Source: Squalus acanthias
Taxonomy: Eukaryota
Direction of reading: 5' to 3'
Length of the DNA stretch: 36,988 bases
Assembly: GCA_030390025.1 (NCBI GenBank)
Contig: CM059443.1
Span: 63,391,013 to 63,428,000, forward strand
Shown one piece after another: positions 1 through 9,755 of this stretch. Position 1 is the stretch's first letter; each line of letters starts with the position of its first letter. A program made the translations under genes and the position numbers. Under the pieces are notes generated by a model. That model ran no database searches. It was not told where the DNA came from and worked only from the letters and a program-made list of their open reading frames with translations.

Positions 1-368
1 TGGCCTTTTTTCTTCCCTCCCACATGGCAGCTGTCCTTCATTCTGCCAGCACAATTCACACTTCATCTAGAGCCATCCTTTGTTCCTTAACCTGTCCCAT
101 TACCACCTCCTCTTGCCTTGAATATCTCTTAATGTCTCTCAATGTCTCTTAATCTCTTCTGTTTTCTATCCTATCACTGACCTTCCCTTTTGTTCTTTCA
201 TCCCCTCCCCCTTTTCTCAGCCCCTAAACTTGTTTTAAAATCTGCTCCATTTCCTGCTTGTTTCCAGTTCTGACGAAAGGTCTTCGACCTGAAACGTTAA
301 CTCTGTTTCTCTCTCCACGGATGCTGCCTGGCCTGCTGAGTTTTTCCAGCGTTTTCTGTTGTTATTCC
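1..368 (+). mobile_element. Penelope-like element terminal-repeat fragment (truncated by window start)
   Basis: Pyrimidine-rich body ending in gttctgacgaaaggtcttcgacctgaaacgttaactctgtttctctctccacggatgctgcctggcctgctgag. A homologous end occurs at 7557-7662. Contains a hammerhead core, typical of Penelope-like elements. Confidence 0.7.
266..302 (+). ncRNA. Minimal type I hammerhead ribozyme motif (Penelope-type variant)
   Basis: AGTT-CTGACGA-A-AGGTC(ttc)GACCT-GAAA-CG-T-T-AACT. Stem I is AGTT/AACT, stem II is 5 bp, and stem III is palindromic (ACGT). Confidence 0.7.
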
Positions 369-377
369 AAAAACACA

Positions 378-547
378 TTACTTGGTCATTCATCTAGTTT
401 GCTGTTTGTGGGATCTTGCTATGCACAATTTGGCTGCAGCGTTTGCCTAGATAACAGTAATTACATTTCAACAGTAATATATCAGCTGTGAAGCATTTTG
501 GGACTTCCTGATGACATGATACGGTGTTATATAACTGCAGGTTCTTT
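378..547 (+). mobile_element. Deu-domain SINE, diverged 3' fragment
   Basis: ttgctgtttgtgggatcttgct...ctgtgaagcattttgggac...tatataactgcaggttcttt aligns to the 3' half of the copy at 30718-31162. Confidence 0.75.
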
Positions 548-744
548 ACTTACCAGTAGAACGTACAGAACTACACCACGAAATGCAAACAAGTTTCCTT
601 GAGGATTTCAGCAAACTCGTCTCAATCATTGGGCCAGAGAGTACAGCTGGCTTGTGTTCCACAAACATGACCACAGGAAGGATGTATATTTTCTTCAGTT
701 ATCAACTCACAAAAAGCAAAACCCAAGTTAGAAACAACTCTTAC

Positions 745-876
745 ATGGTATTGGGAGCCCCAAAGTTTAAGCTCCTTCGAGCATTCGACGTGGTGCAAAT
801 TCTGTCTGCAGGCGGACTTGGCATAACATGTCGTCCTGGGGACATTTTCCTCACTTCCCAGGCCAGTGATGTGGGT
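745..876 (-). CDS. SCAPER: SCAPER coding exon (132 nt, phase 2 to 2): (R)PTSLAWEVRKMSPGRHVMPSPPADRICTTSNARRSLNFGAPNT
   Basis: Acceptor ctgtctattgcag|A CCC ACA and donor ACC AT|gtaaga. RPTSLAWEV and ARRSLNFG match SCAPER. Phase agrees with the previous exon. Confidence 0.93.
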
Positions 877-936
877 CTGCAATAGACAGAGAACAAAAGT
901 CAAGACTTGAAGGCATGCAGTACGTATGACACCTAT

Positions 937-1482
937 ACACACTTGGAGTACTGTGCTCAGTGCTAGTCTCCATATTACTAAAAGAATATAGAGGCTCTGG
1001 AGAAAGTGCAAAAAAGATTTACAAGGATGATACCAGAACTGAGAACTTATAACTATCAGGAACGATTGAACAGGCTGGGGCTCATTTCTCGAGAAAACAA
1101 AAGACTGGAGGGTGACCTGATAGAGGTCTTCAAAATTATTTAGGGTTTCGAGAGGATAATTGTAGGTAAGATGTTTCCATTTGTGGTGAGAGTCCAAAAC
1201 TAGGGGCCATATAAGATAGTCACTAATAAATCTAATAAGGAATTCAGGAGAAACTTCTTTGCTCAAGATAGTGGTTAGAATGTGGAATTTGCTACCATGG
1301 AGTAAGTTAATATTTAAGGGGAAGCTAGGCAAGTACAAGAGGGAGAAAGGAATAGAAGGCTATGTTGATAGGGCGAGATGAAGTAAGCTGGGAGAAGGCT
1401 CATGTGGGGCATAAACACCGGTATAGACCTGCTGAGCCAAATGGCCTGTTTCTGTGCTGTAAATACTATATAATAGTATGTA
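937..1482 (+). mobile_element. CR1 LINE 3' fragment (RT C-terminus and 3' UTR)
   Basis: Decayed HLEYC..Q and LEKVQKRFTRMIPEL motifs; CR1 tail gccaaatggcctgtttctgtgctgta. Confidence 0.88.
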
Positions 1483-1550
1483 TGCAATTTCATATAACGA
1501 CAACTACACTCCAAAAGCATGTTGATATAATACATCAGGGGAACAGACAC

Positions 1551-2297
1551 TGGCCCGAAAATTAGACCTAATACGCGAGAGTACGCACTGTGTACTCTCG
1601 CGTTTTAGGTCTCCAATTGCCGGTTTCCAGCATGCACTGCGCATGCGCGGGAAACCGGCACTTCGTGAATTCAAAAGGGGGCGGTTCCTAGGTGAACCGT
1701 GTGCGCGCTACAGGCTGCGCGCACGCAGTGCACTTAGTGCTTTGAACGCGCAGGTAAGCATGGAAGATTTTACACATAAAGAAAGGAGGCGTAAGACCCT
1801 CTTTTAACAAGGTAAGTAGTTAATTAAGTATTATTTTAAAAAATTTCAACAGGTTTATCTTTTTTAGAGACTTTAAAGAAAGGTAAGTTTATTTTTATAA
1901 CTTTTAAAAAGATTTTAAATTTTTTCAAAAATTTAATTTTTTGTTTAAAGTGGTTAATTTATTTAACTATACTTATTTTATTAATGTGATGGCTTTTTTT
2001 TTTAAATTTAATTGAGGTTTAGCTGTTCTTTTGGGGGGGTATATTATTCATAGCTTTGACAGGTCTTCCTGTCAAAACTATGAATGAAAGATGGTGTGCT
2101 GCCATTGGCTCTAACTGAATCACGTGATCCCAGAGCTCGCACAAACTAACTCCGTCTCTGGGTCACGCAAGCACTGCACAGCTGCAGCCTTGAAACTAAA
2201 GTTCGTGTGGGCCTGGAGGAAAAAGGAAGGCGCGGAGTGAGATATCGCGGGGAAGCCTTACCCCCGCGTCAACACTCAGTCTTTAATTTCTGGGCCA
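1551..2297. mobile_element. Non-autonomous TIR DNA element (MITE; PIF/Harbinger-like ends) with multiple internal hairpins
   Basis: Left end TGGCCCGAAAATTAGAC; reverse complement of right end TGGCCCAGAAATTAAAGAC. CpG-rich hairpin arms surround an AT-rich core. No clean target-site duplication. Confidence 0.7.
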
Positions 2298-3097
2298 ATA
2301 CCTACAGCAACAATAAATTGATCTGAAGTAAGATATTGCTAATATGGACAACAGTTATGAAAATTTTCCACTACAGCTTTTCAAAGTCCAAAAACTGGTG
2401 TGTTTGAGAACTAACCCATTTCTTCATTTTTTAAACCATTTTAATTTCCTCTGCAATTTTTTTTATTTCAAAAAACATACAAGCAATGAGGAGTACATTT
2501 TGTTCAGTGCTCTCTGAACTCCCCTTTATTGGAACCTAACTCAGAATGTAGCCTAAGCCAAGTAAAGATACAAATTCCTAATATACCAATTGATCTGGAT
2601 CGGAAAAATCTGAACTAAATAATCTTTCACCCCAAAACATCACAATTGGTGTAACAATTGGGCACATCAAAACTCAGAACAATGAATCTGCACAAGGAAA
2701 ATTATTAAATTAAAGATTGTCTCCTACCAAATTGCAGGTACATTCATTTAAAAATAGTATAGAAACTGTGTACCAAAAGTACTCTTTGTTCTTTAATGCT
2801 TAACTGTAGTCATCTGAACTGCTACATAATCCTAAATACGACAAAGTGTCTGCTGAATTGCCTCTCAGTCTGTCTATCTTCCAATGTCTTAGGTTTTAAA
2901 ATTGCTTGCAACAGGTTGCCTAGCATCAGATATTTTGCTGGCATCATGAAGTTCCTCTCCAATGCCTCCATCCCCATACATGTTGTCACAGCCCATCCTT
3001 CTTCAGAACATTTAGGATGGGGCGTCAGTTCAACAGAACGCAGATCTCCCATTCAATAATTACGTTCAAGTGTCTAATGTCCGCTGTAGTGCACTAC

Positions 3098-3198
3098 CTG
3101 TTCTGTGCATCTGTCTTCTCCAACTTTTCCTGCAGCTGGAGCCAATCTATCAATGCCTTGAAATCTCGCACGTAGTTATCCAGCATCATCAGCACCTC
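3098..3198 (-). CDS. SCAPER: SCAPER coding exon (101 nt, phase 0 to 2): EVLMMLDNYVRDFKALIDWLQLQEKLEKTDAQN(R)
   Basis: Acceptor ttcttttctcag|GAG and donor AACAG|gtagtg. Continues the SCAPER N-terminal domain in frame from ...VVECK. Confidence 0.96.
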
Positions 3199-3672
3199 CT
3201 GAGAAAAGAAATTCATTACAGTTGGGTTGCAAGTAATGCTTCCTGCATGCCTCTCCTCTCCCACAAAACATAAGCGGTGCTGGTTTATGATCCGAGAGTA
3301 ACTCCCTCTACTCTGCCACAAGAATGCGGCTATTTTACCAGTGAGAGCCCAACAGTTGTCAGATTGTTCAATCCGTTGGCTATTTCACTCTGAATTAAGT
3401 AATTAATTGAATAAAATGCAAAGGAAATGATTGGGAAGTGCTGGAGCTCCATTACCCAGACAATAGAGTCTTGTTTTGAAACTGTGCTATTTATAGTCAC
3501 GAGGCGGGTGCCTTTTTTACTTATTTGCTCATGTATTTAAATTAACGCCAACCTATTTCTGTTTCATAGTTTGAATTTTCTTTTCTTTTTAAAGGTTTTG
3601 TCGGCTGAAAATTTTCATGCTCTGCCCATATGAACTGTGAAACACACCGTACTGTTATAAATTTTGTATTCA

Positions 3673-5377
3673 CATCTCTTTAAACCCTTCGCCACGCTCG
3701 TCCTCAACAATAAGTGCGAGGAAGTCATGGATTTCTTTGTCACTAAGATTGAGACCCTCCGTTCAGCTGCATCCTTCCTTCCCTTCCCCACCAACTTGTG
3801 CTTCCCCTAATGTTTTACCCCTGTCCTAGCCCTGAACTCGCATCTTTCTCTAGTTTCTCTCGATATCCCATCATGCTCTCTCCAAGCTCATCTTGTCCAT
3901 GAGACCCCTCCTCCTATGCTCTCGAGCCTATTCCCACTAAACTGCTGACCACCCAACCTCTCCTCCTGGGCCCCGTGCTAGCTGATATTATAAACAGTTC
4001 CCGCTCCTCCGATACTATCCTTCTCACTTTTAAATCTGCCGCCATCATCCCTCTCCTAAAAAAAACCCACCCTTTATCTCGCTGTCCTTGCAAACTACCA
4101 CCCAATCTCCAACCTCCCTTTCCTCTCCGAAGTCCTTGAATGTGTTGTTGCCTCCCAAATCCGTGCTCATCTTTCCCCTAATTCTATGTTCGAACCTCTC
4201 CAATCATGTTTCAACCCCTGCCACAGCAATGAAACGGTCTTATCAAAGTCACAAATGACATCCTATGGGACTGTGATCGTGGTTCACTATCTCTCCACAT
4301 CCTTCTCGACCTGCCTTTGACACGGATCACCACATTCTCCACCAATGCCTCTCCTCCGTTGTCCAGCTGAGTGGGACTGCGCTCGCCTGGTTCCACTCTT
4401 ACCTATTCAGTTGTAGCCAGTGAATCTCCTGCAATGGCTTATTTGCCCCCCCAACACACTGTTGCCTCTGGAGTCCCCCAAGGATCAATCCTTTGTCCCC
4501 TCCTATTTCTCGTCTACATACTGCCCCTCGGTGAAGACATAACGTCAGGTTCCACCCAACTCTACCTCACCAACACCTCTCTCGACCCCTCCATTGCCTA
4601 TGTTGCCAGATTGCTTGTCCAACATCCAATCCTGGATGAACCACAATTTCTTCCAATTAAACATTAGCAAGACCGAAGCTATTGCCTTTGGCTCCTACCA
4701 CAAAATCCGTTCCCTCGCCACCGATTCCATCCCCCTCCCTGGCCACCGTCGCAGGCTGAACCAGACGGTTTGCAAACTCGGCGTCCTATTTGATCTCTGT
4801 AACATAACCCGTCTTCTACCCCTGCCTCAACTCACCTGCTGCTGAAACCCTCATCCATGCTTTTGTTAGCCCCCCCAGACACGACTATTCAAATGCTCTC
4901 TTGGCCAGCCTCCTATCTTCCACTCTCCACAAACTTGAGCTCATCCAAGACTCTGCTGCCCGTATCCTAAACCACACCAAGTATCACTCACCCATCGCCC
5001 CTTTTCCCACTGACCTACATTGGCTGCCAACCCACCAACACTTTGATTTTAAAATTCTCATCCTAGTATTCAAATCCCTCCATGGCCTCACCCACCCTAT
5101 TTCTGTAACATCCTACAATGGTCCATAAACTCTGCGCTCCTCCAACTCTGGCCTCTTGTGCATCCCCAACTCCCTTTGCCCCACCATTGGCAGCCGTGCC
5201 TTCAGCCGTCTAGCCCCTAAACCTCCCCTCCTCTACCTCTCACTCCTCTTTTAAGACCCTCTTTAAAACCTACCTTTTTTAAGAACAAACTTTTTTTTGT
5301 CTGATTACACTTCTGTGAAGCGCCTTGGGATGTTTACCTACGTTAAGGGTGCTATATAAAAGCAAGTTGTTGTTGTT
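3673..5377 (+). mobile_element. L2-clade LINE, 5'-truncated and frameshifted ORF2 plus 3' tail
   Basis: RT motifs SGVPQGSILCPLLF, FQLNISKTEAI and LHWLP; tail ctgtgaagcgccttggga...tgctatataaaagcaagttgttgttgtt. Confidence 0.92.
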
Positions 5378-6691
5378 ACAGTTCCACTTTGTCCAACACC
5401 ATTTCCTCCTGTGGGAGGCACCAAATCCTTGACAATCTGAAACCTGTGTATCTCCCTCTCCTGTAGTAAGTTAGCATAGTCCTGGTCTAAAACTGAACTC
5501 TGATCATGGTAAACTGTTTGCTGATATTTAGGTAGGATGTTTTCTATACCTCATGTCAATCTAGGAAGCAGAAAATATCAAACACTAAACCCACGTTGTG
5601 CTGACTAAAACTGTGATGTACAGAAGCTGTACAGTGTGGCAGAAAGAGTAATTTACAATGCATACAACTATGGTGAATCTTTAAGAGTCCATTGCTCTTC
5701 CTGCTCCTTTTGACAAGCTCTTGAAATAACGTAGTCTCTTGTCATATGCAAGTAATTGCTTAGTTTTATGAGCCCCAGATGTATATTGGCCAAATACAGA
5801 AATGAGCCAGCCCTTGGACCTTTATCCAACTTACCTCCTTTGATGTAAAAGCATATCTTTAAAGGTTGCCTTCAGCACCCAACTTTGACAAGTATCCAAA
5901 ACACACACAACTGACAAGGCTACAATGGTCTTACGAAATCAAACAAACAAGGAGTTATATTTTGGAAGGCTATCACAAGACAATGGTTGGAAACAACTTT
6001 CCCATAAAATATCAATCTTAAACTACCTGTAGACAACTATTAACTGTGACAGGATACGATATTTTATATTGCTAAGAACAATTTGTTACCTTTCAAAGAG
6101 AGCTAACTGAAGTACAGACAATCCACTCTGCTGAAGGCTGCTGGTGGATTTCTTTAAAATTAAACTAACACAAATTCCCAAATGCAAAATGCTTACAAAC
6201 TTGACGTTGTGTCTGGAGAGAGCATCTTGAGGTATATAAAACAGTGGGGTGAAGAGATGTTGGTTATAGTCTGTCACTTGAGGTGGCAACAATTTGAAGT
6301 TATGATATGCATATTGGCTCAACACTAAAAGACACTGATTTTCCATTCGTATTTTGGTACTAATATGTTAACCATCCCAGCAGCAACACTGTACCTTTAA
6401 TTTTAACAGAGATCCCAGTATCTGAACACACACTCTACTGTATGTTTACTTTTGATATCGACCTGCATTCTGATATTTACAATCAGTGATTGATGCCCCC
6501 AGCGGCAGCCATCTGGATCTCCTCCGCGTGATTTGTTTATAACTGGCACGTCTCTTAAAACAAAACCGCGGCTGCTGACAAACATGACAACTGTTAGCTT
6601 AAAGTCAGGTTCAACAGGTTGAATGACAGCCAAAAAAAAAAATCTCAAAATAGATCATTAGTGCTGCCCTTCTGAATGACGAGGCAAATTT

Positions 6692-6715
6692 CACACACAC
6701 ACACACACACACACA
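6692..6715. repeat. (CA)12 microsatellite
   Basis: Direct reading. Confidence 0.95.
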
Positions 6716-7390
6716 GTACAATCAAAGATGGCAAACCAACCATCCAGCAAAAAAAAACATAATTTGAATTTGCGTTCACTTTTCTGTATACAGTTTCTTC
6801 ATAACTGCATTATAGAACTGTTGGATTTTCCAGTCGCCTTCCTGCATGGTTCCAAAGGATTCAGTAAAGTCATTTGGAGATGCCAGCTATGATTGTTGCT
6901 GTTCACAAACCACCTAAAAACCTGGTGCAAATCGTTCCAGCTGCAATTTTATCCTGCTCTTGTTCTGAAGCTAGTCTTCAAATATTCCAACATAATGAAA
7001 TACACATCACTTCTGCTGTTCACCAATCTTCTTCCTTTTTGCTAAATCTTCCTAAAGAGACACTTCAGACACATTGCCCAACCCCTATCCTTGGTCATAT
7101 TTCTTTCCCTTAAGGTCTGCTGCCCTGTGCCATGGCCAAGAGGACAGGACCCAACTTGCTCCCAGGCCTCTGTCTCCAATCTATTGAAATCAATAAGTAA
7201 CTCTGCAACAGTTAACAGCAACGACTGCAATTCTTTCTTCCCCAGAGATGATGCAACAACCTCAAAAGAAACAATATTAAAAGAATATCACTTCTGCTAT
7301 TTGACCATCTCCTGTTCTCCACTTAAGCACTTTACAGATGTGTCTGCGTGCGTTTTTTATTTTTGTGTTGGGTGTTTTTCTGTTTTTAAC

Positions 7391-7518
7391 ATCAGAACGT
7401 AAGAAATAGGAGCAGGAGTCGGCCACACGGACCCTCGAGCCTGCTCCGCCATTCAATAAGATCACGGCTGATCATCGACCTCAACTCCACTTTCCCGCCC
7501 GATCCCCATATTCCCTTT
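7391..7518 (-). mobile_element. CR1 LINE 3' UTR fragment
   Basis: Reverse complement closely matches the CR1 tail at 21710-21830 (gatcgggcgggaaagtggagtt...gaatggcggagcaggctcg). Confidence 0.88.
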
Positions 7519-7556
7519 TTCTGTGTGGGTATATATATATTTTTTATAAATAACTA

Positions 7557-7662
7557 CCAGTTCTGAGGAAGGGTCTACACCTGAAACGTTAACTTGCCTG
7601 TTGTCTCCACAGATGCTGCCTGACCTGCTGAATGTTTCCAGCATTTTCGGCTTTTGTTTTTA
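7557..7662 (+). mobile_element. Penelope-like terminal fragment, same family as 1-368
   Basis: Homologous to 264-366 (ccagttctga...cctgaaacgttaact...ctccacagatgctgcctgacctgctga). Confidence 0.72.
7559..7594 (+). ncRNA. Minimal hammerhead ribozyme motif (second copy)
   Basis: AGTT-CTGAGGA-A-GGGT(ctac)ACCT-GAAA-CG-T-T-AACT. Confidence 0.62.
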
Positions 7663-7726
7663 ATGTTACAAGAATGCCTGTTATTCTCACTTGCTCCAGA
7701 GGTGGCACCATAACATAAGAACATAA

Positions 7727-7930
7727 TGGGCTGTATTTTGCAAACCCCAAGGGTGCGTACGAGGTGCGCACGTGCCTGTAGGGGTCGCGCAAAGTTTAGG
7801 CACGCGAAGCGCACGCGCTGAAACCCGGCACTTGCAATCTGTCAAGAATTCTCTCGACAGATCCTCCGCATCTGCGGGAGATGGGCCTCTGCAGGTGGAG
7901 AGTTGCGCTATTTGCACAACTTCCGCCCGC
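7727..7930. mobile_element. Truncated CpG-rich TIR-element end, related to 1551-2297
   Basis: Starts tgggctgtattttgc; shares gaaac(c)cggcactt with 1651-1663; internal hairpin ctgtcaaga...tctcgacag. Abuts a CR1 tail at about 7935-7995. Confidence 0.5.
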
Positions 7931-9647
7931 TGTCATGGACTGGATGGGCCGAATGGCCTGTTTCTGTGTTGTATGTTCTATGTAATTCTAGGTAACCTTT
8001 TCCGTCCCCAGCTACTCACTCCTTTAAACCAGTGTTGAGCTAAAACTAAGCTAAGAAAGTCACGTTTCAGCACCTAGCCTTTAAAATATCATGAAGGCAG
8101 GTGTGATAATATATATTAAAATACAGACGAGGTATTTCCCCCCCCCCAAGAATGCTCAAGGAAAAAGCCATTGTCCAACTTTACTCTGAAGCATTCTTTA
8201 ACATGTAGAAAAATGGCATGCTGATTAACTGCACCCGAGCAGCCTTGTAGTATTTGATTCAGCTCCGTGTTATCTGCTCTAATCAGAGCACCTCCAAGCA
8301 CCAGTAACCTGAGGCTTGTTTTGTGAACAAGGGAACACAAACAAGACAAGCAGCTGGAGTGGCCCCCGTACTCGTTGGTGCGCATCTTTCCCCTTGCAGT
8401 GATGAAGGCCATTTTGTCAGGCAGGAGAGCGGAGAACAAAAGTGGCTCTGAAAACACCGTTACAGACAGGCAGATAACAAAGTATAGATGTACAGCTAAA
8501 ATTACCAATTAGTTTACCAATTGGCTGCAACGGATTCGATTGGTTTGTAATTAATTCTAGTTACTGGCGCATACAGCAGGATGGTTGGCGCCAACCCTTT
8601 GTCCTGCTGACACACAATACCAGTGCACAGGACCCAAGGGTCCTGGACATCAATACCTCTCTCTGCCTCACCTACAGCAGCCGGTGCAGAAGATATACCC
8701 TGTGGTGCTGAAATAGTGGAACGTTCTGCTGCATGAGAAGGCGCTGACAAGAAAGGAACCTTTATGGGCTAAGCTGTGCAAGAGCAAGCTCCATGCTAAA
8801 ATAAACTGCACTGGATTGTGAGACAGGTTTTCTTGTGTATGAAGGGGATTTATTTTCTGAAGGTCAAGCCTGCCACACAGAAGCAACACTGAAATACAAC
8901 TTTCAGACAAATCATCATCTGCTAGGACATTCTTTTACCTAGAAAATTGAGCATTCTTTTCATTTCTTTCATTGGAAATGTACCGTGAATACGAGACAAA
9001 CAGCAACTTCATTCATAACAAACTGTACAGCACAAGTAACACACACCAAGGTTGTCTTGAGATGGTACAAGAGTCCATTGCAGGTACAGTTCCTTTGCAA
9101 AGTACAGTAGAGTTGCAGAAGCATGTTTGCTTTGACAATGACACCTTTGCAAAAAGACAAGATAATTGCATATTATTGCTCATCATTTCTAACAGTTTCC
9201 TAATCTAGTTCTGAGATAGTTTATTAAAGGGTTGTATGTGTGCTATATTATATAGCAAAGAACTACCACAAAGGATCACTTTATGATATTATAATTTAGA
9301 TTTTTTTTTTTAAAAAGGAACTTTCATTGATGTTATAGCATTTTAGGTGGACCAATATATTCTTTCATCCTTTGTTTACTGCATATATATTTGAAGAATC
9401 TTACATTGTTATGCAAGATAGTCTCAGCAATCTTACATTCAATGTTTCTTTTGGCTTCCCATTACTCTTTTAAACCTGATTTCAGCTGTCTGTGTAACTT
9501 ACCTCATCGCCTAGAATTACATAGAAATTACAACATGGAAACAGGCCATTCGGCCCAACCAGTTTTGATGTTTGTCATCCACAAAAGCAGCAGTCCGAAT
9601 CCCATTTGCCCGTCCTGTTCCTATATCCCTTTATCCACTTTCCTTTC

Positions 9648-9755
9648 GTGTCAATACTCTCACTGCTAACTTACCTGACGAAGGAGCGAACTGCTCCGAA
9701 AGCTTGTAAAATTAAATAAATCTGTTGGACTATAACCTGGTGTTGTGCGACTTCT
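9648..9755 (+). mobile_element. 108-bp Penelope-like insert (second family) flanked by a 12-bp direct repeat
   Basis: CACTTTCCTTTC at 9636-9647 and 9756-9767; internal cctgacgaagg...ccgaaagcttg...aataaa...gttggactataacctggtgttg. Confidence 0.72.
9671..9709 (+). ncRNA. Minimal hammerhead ribozyme motif (different family)
   Basis: TTAC-CTGACGA-A-GGAGC(gaact)GCTCC-GAAA-GC-T-T-GTAA. Stem I is TTAC/GTAA and stem III is palindromic (AGCT). Confidence 0.7.

Noticed and set aside
548-572. Strong minus-strand donor CTG|gtaagt with a possible 17-nt micro-exon
   Set aside because: Weak acceptor, frame-shifting length and no similarity to the expected next SCAPER exon.
622-1338. 238-aa minus-strand ORF, the longest in the track
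   Set aside because: Mostly the antisense of a CR1 fragment, and it crosses the SCAPER exon in the wrong frame.
2822-3052. 76-aa minus ORF just downstream of exon 3098-3198 as an alternative exon
   Set aside because: Read-through from the exon hits TAG at once, the only phase-compatible donor I saw (AT|gtagca) is weak, and there is no recognisable homology.
5828-6346. Minus-strand donor-like sites near 5834 and 6089 as cryptic exons
   Set aside because: Such sites are expected by chance in 15-kb introns, and the flanking SCAPER exons already join without a gap.
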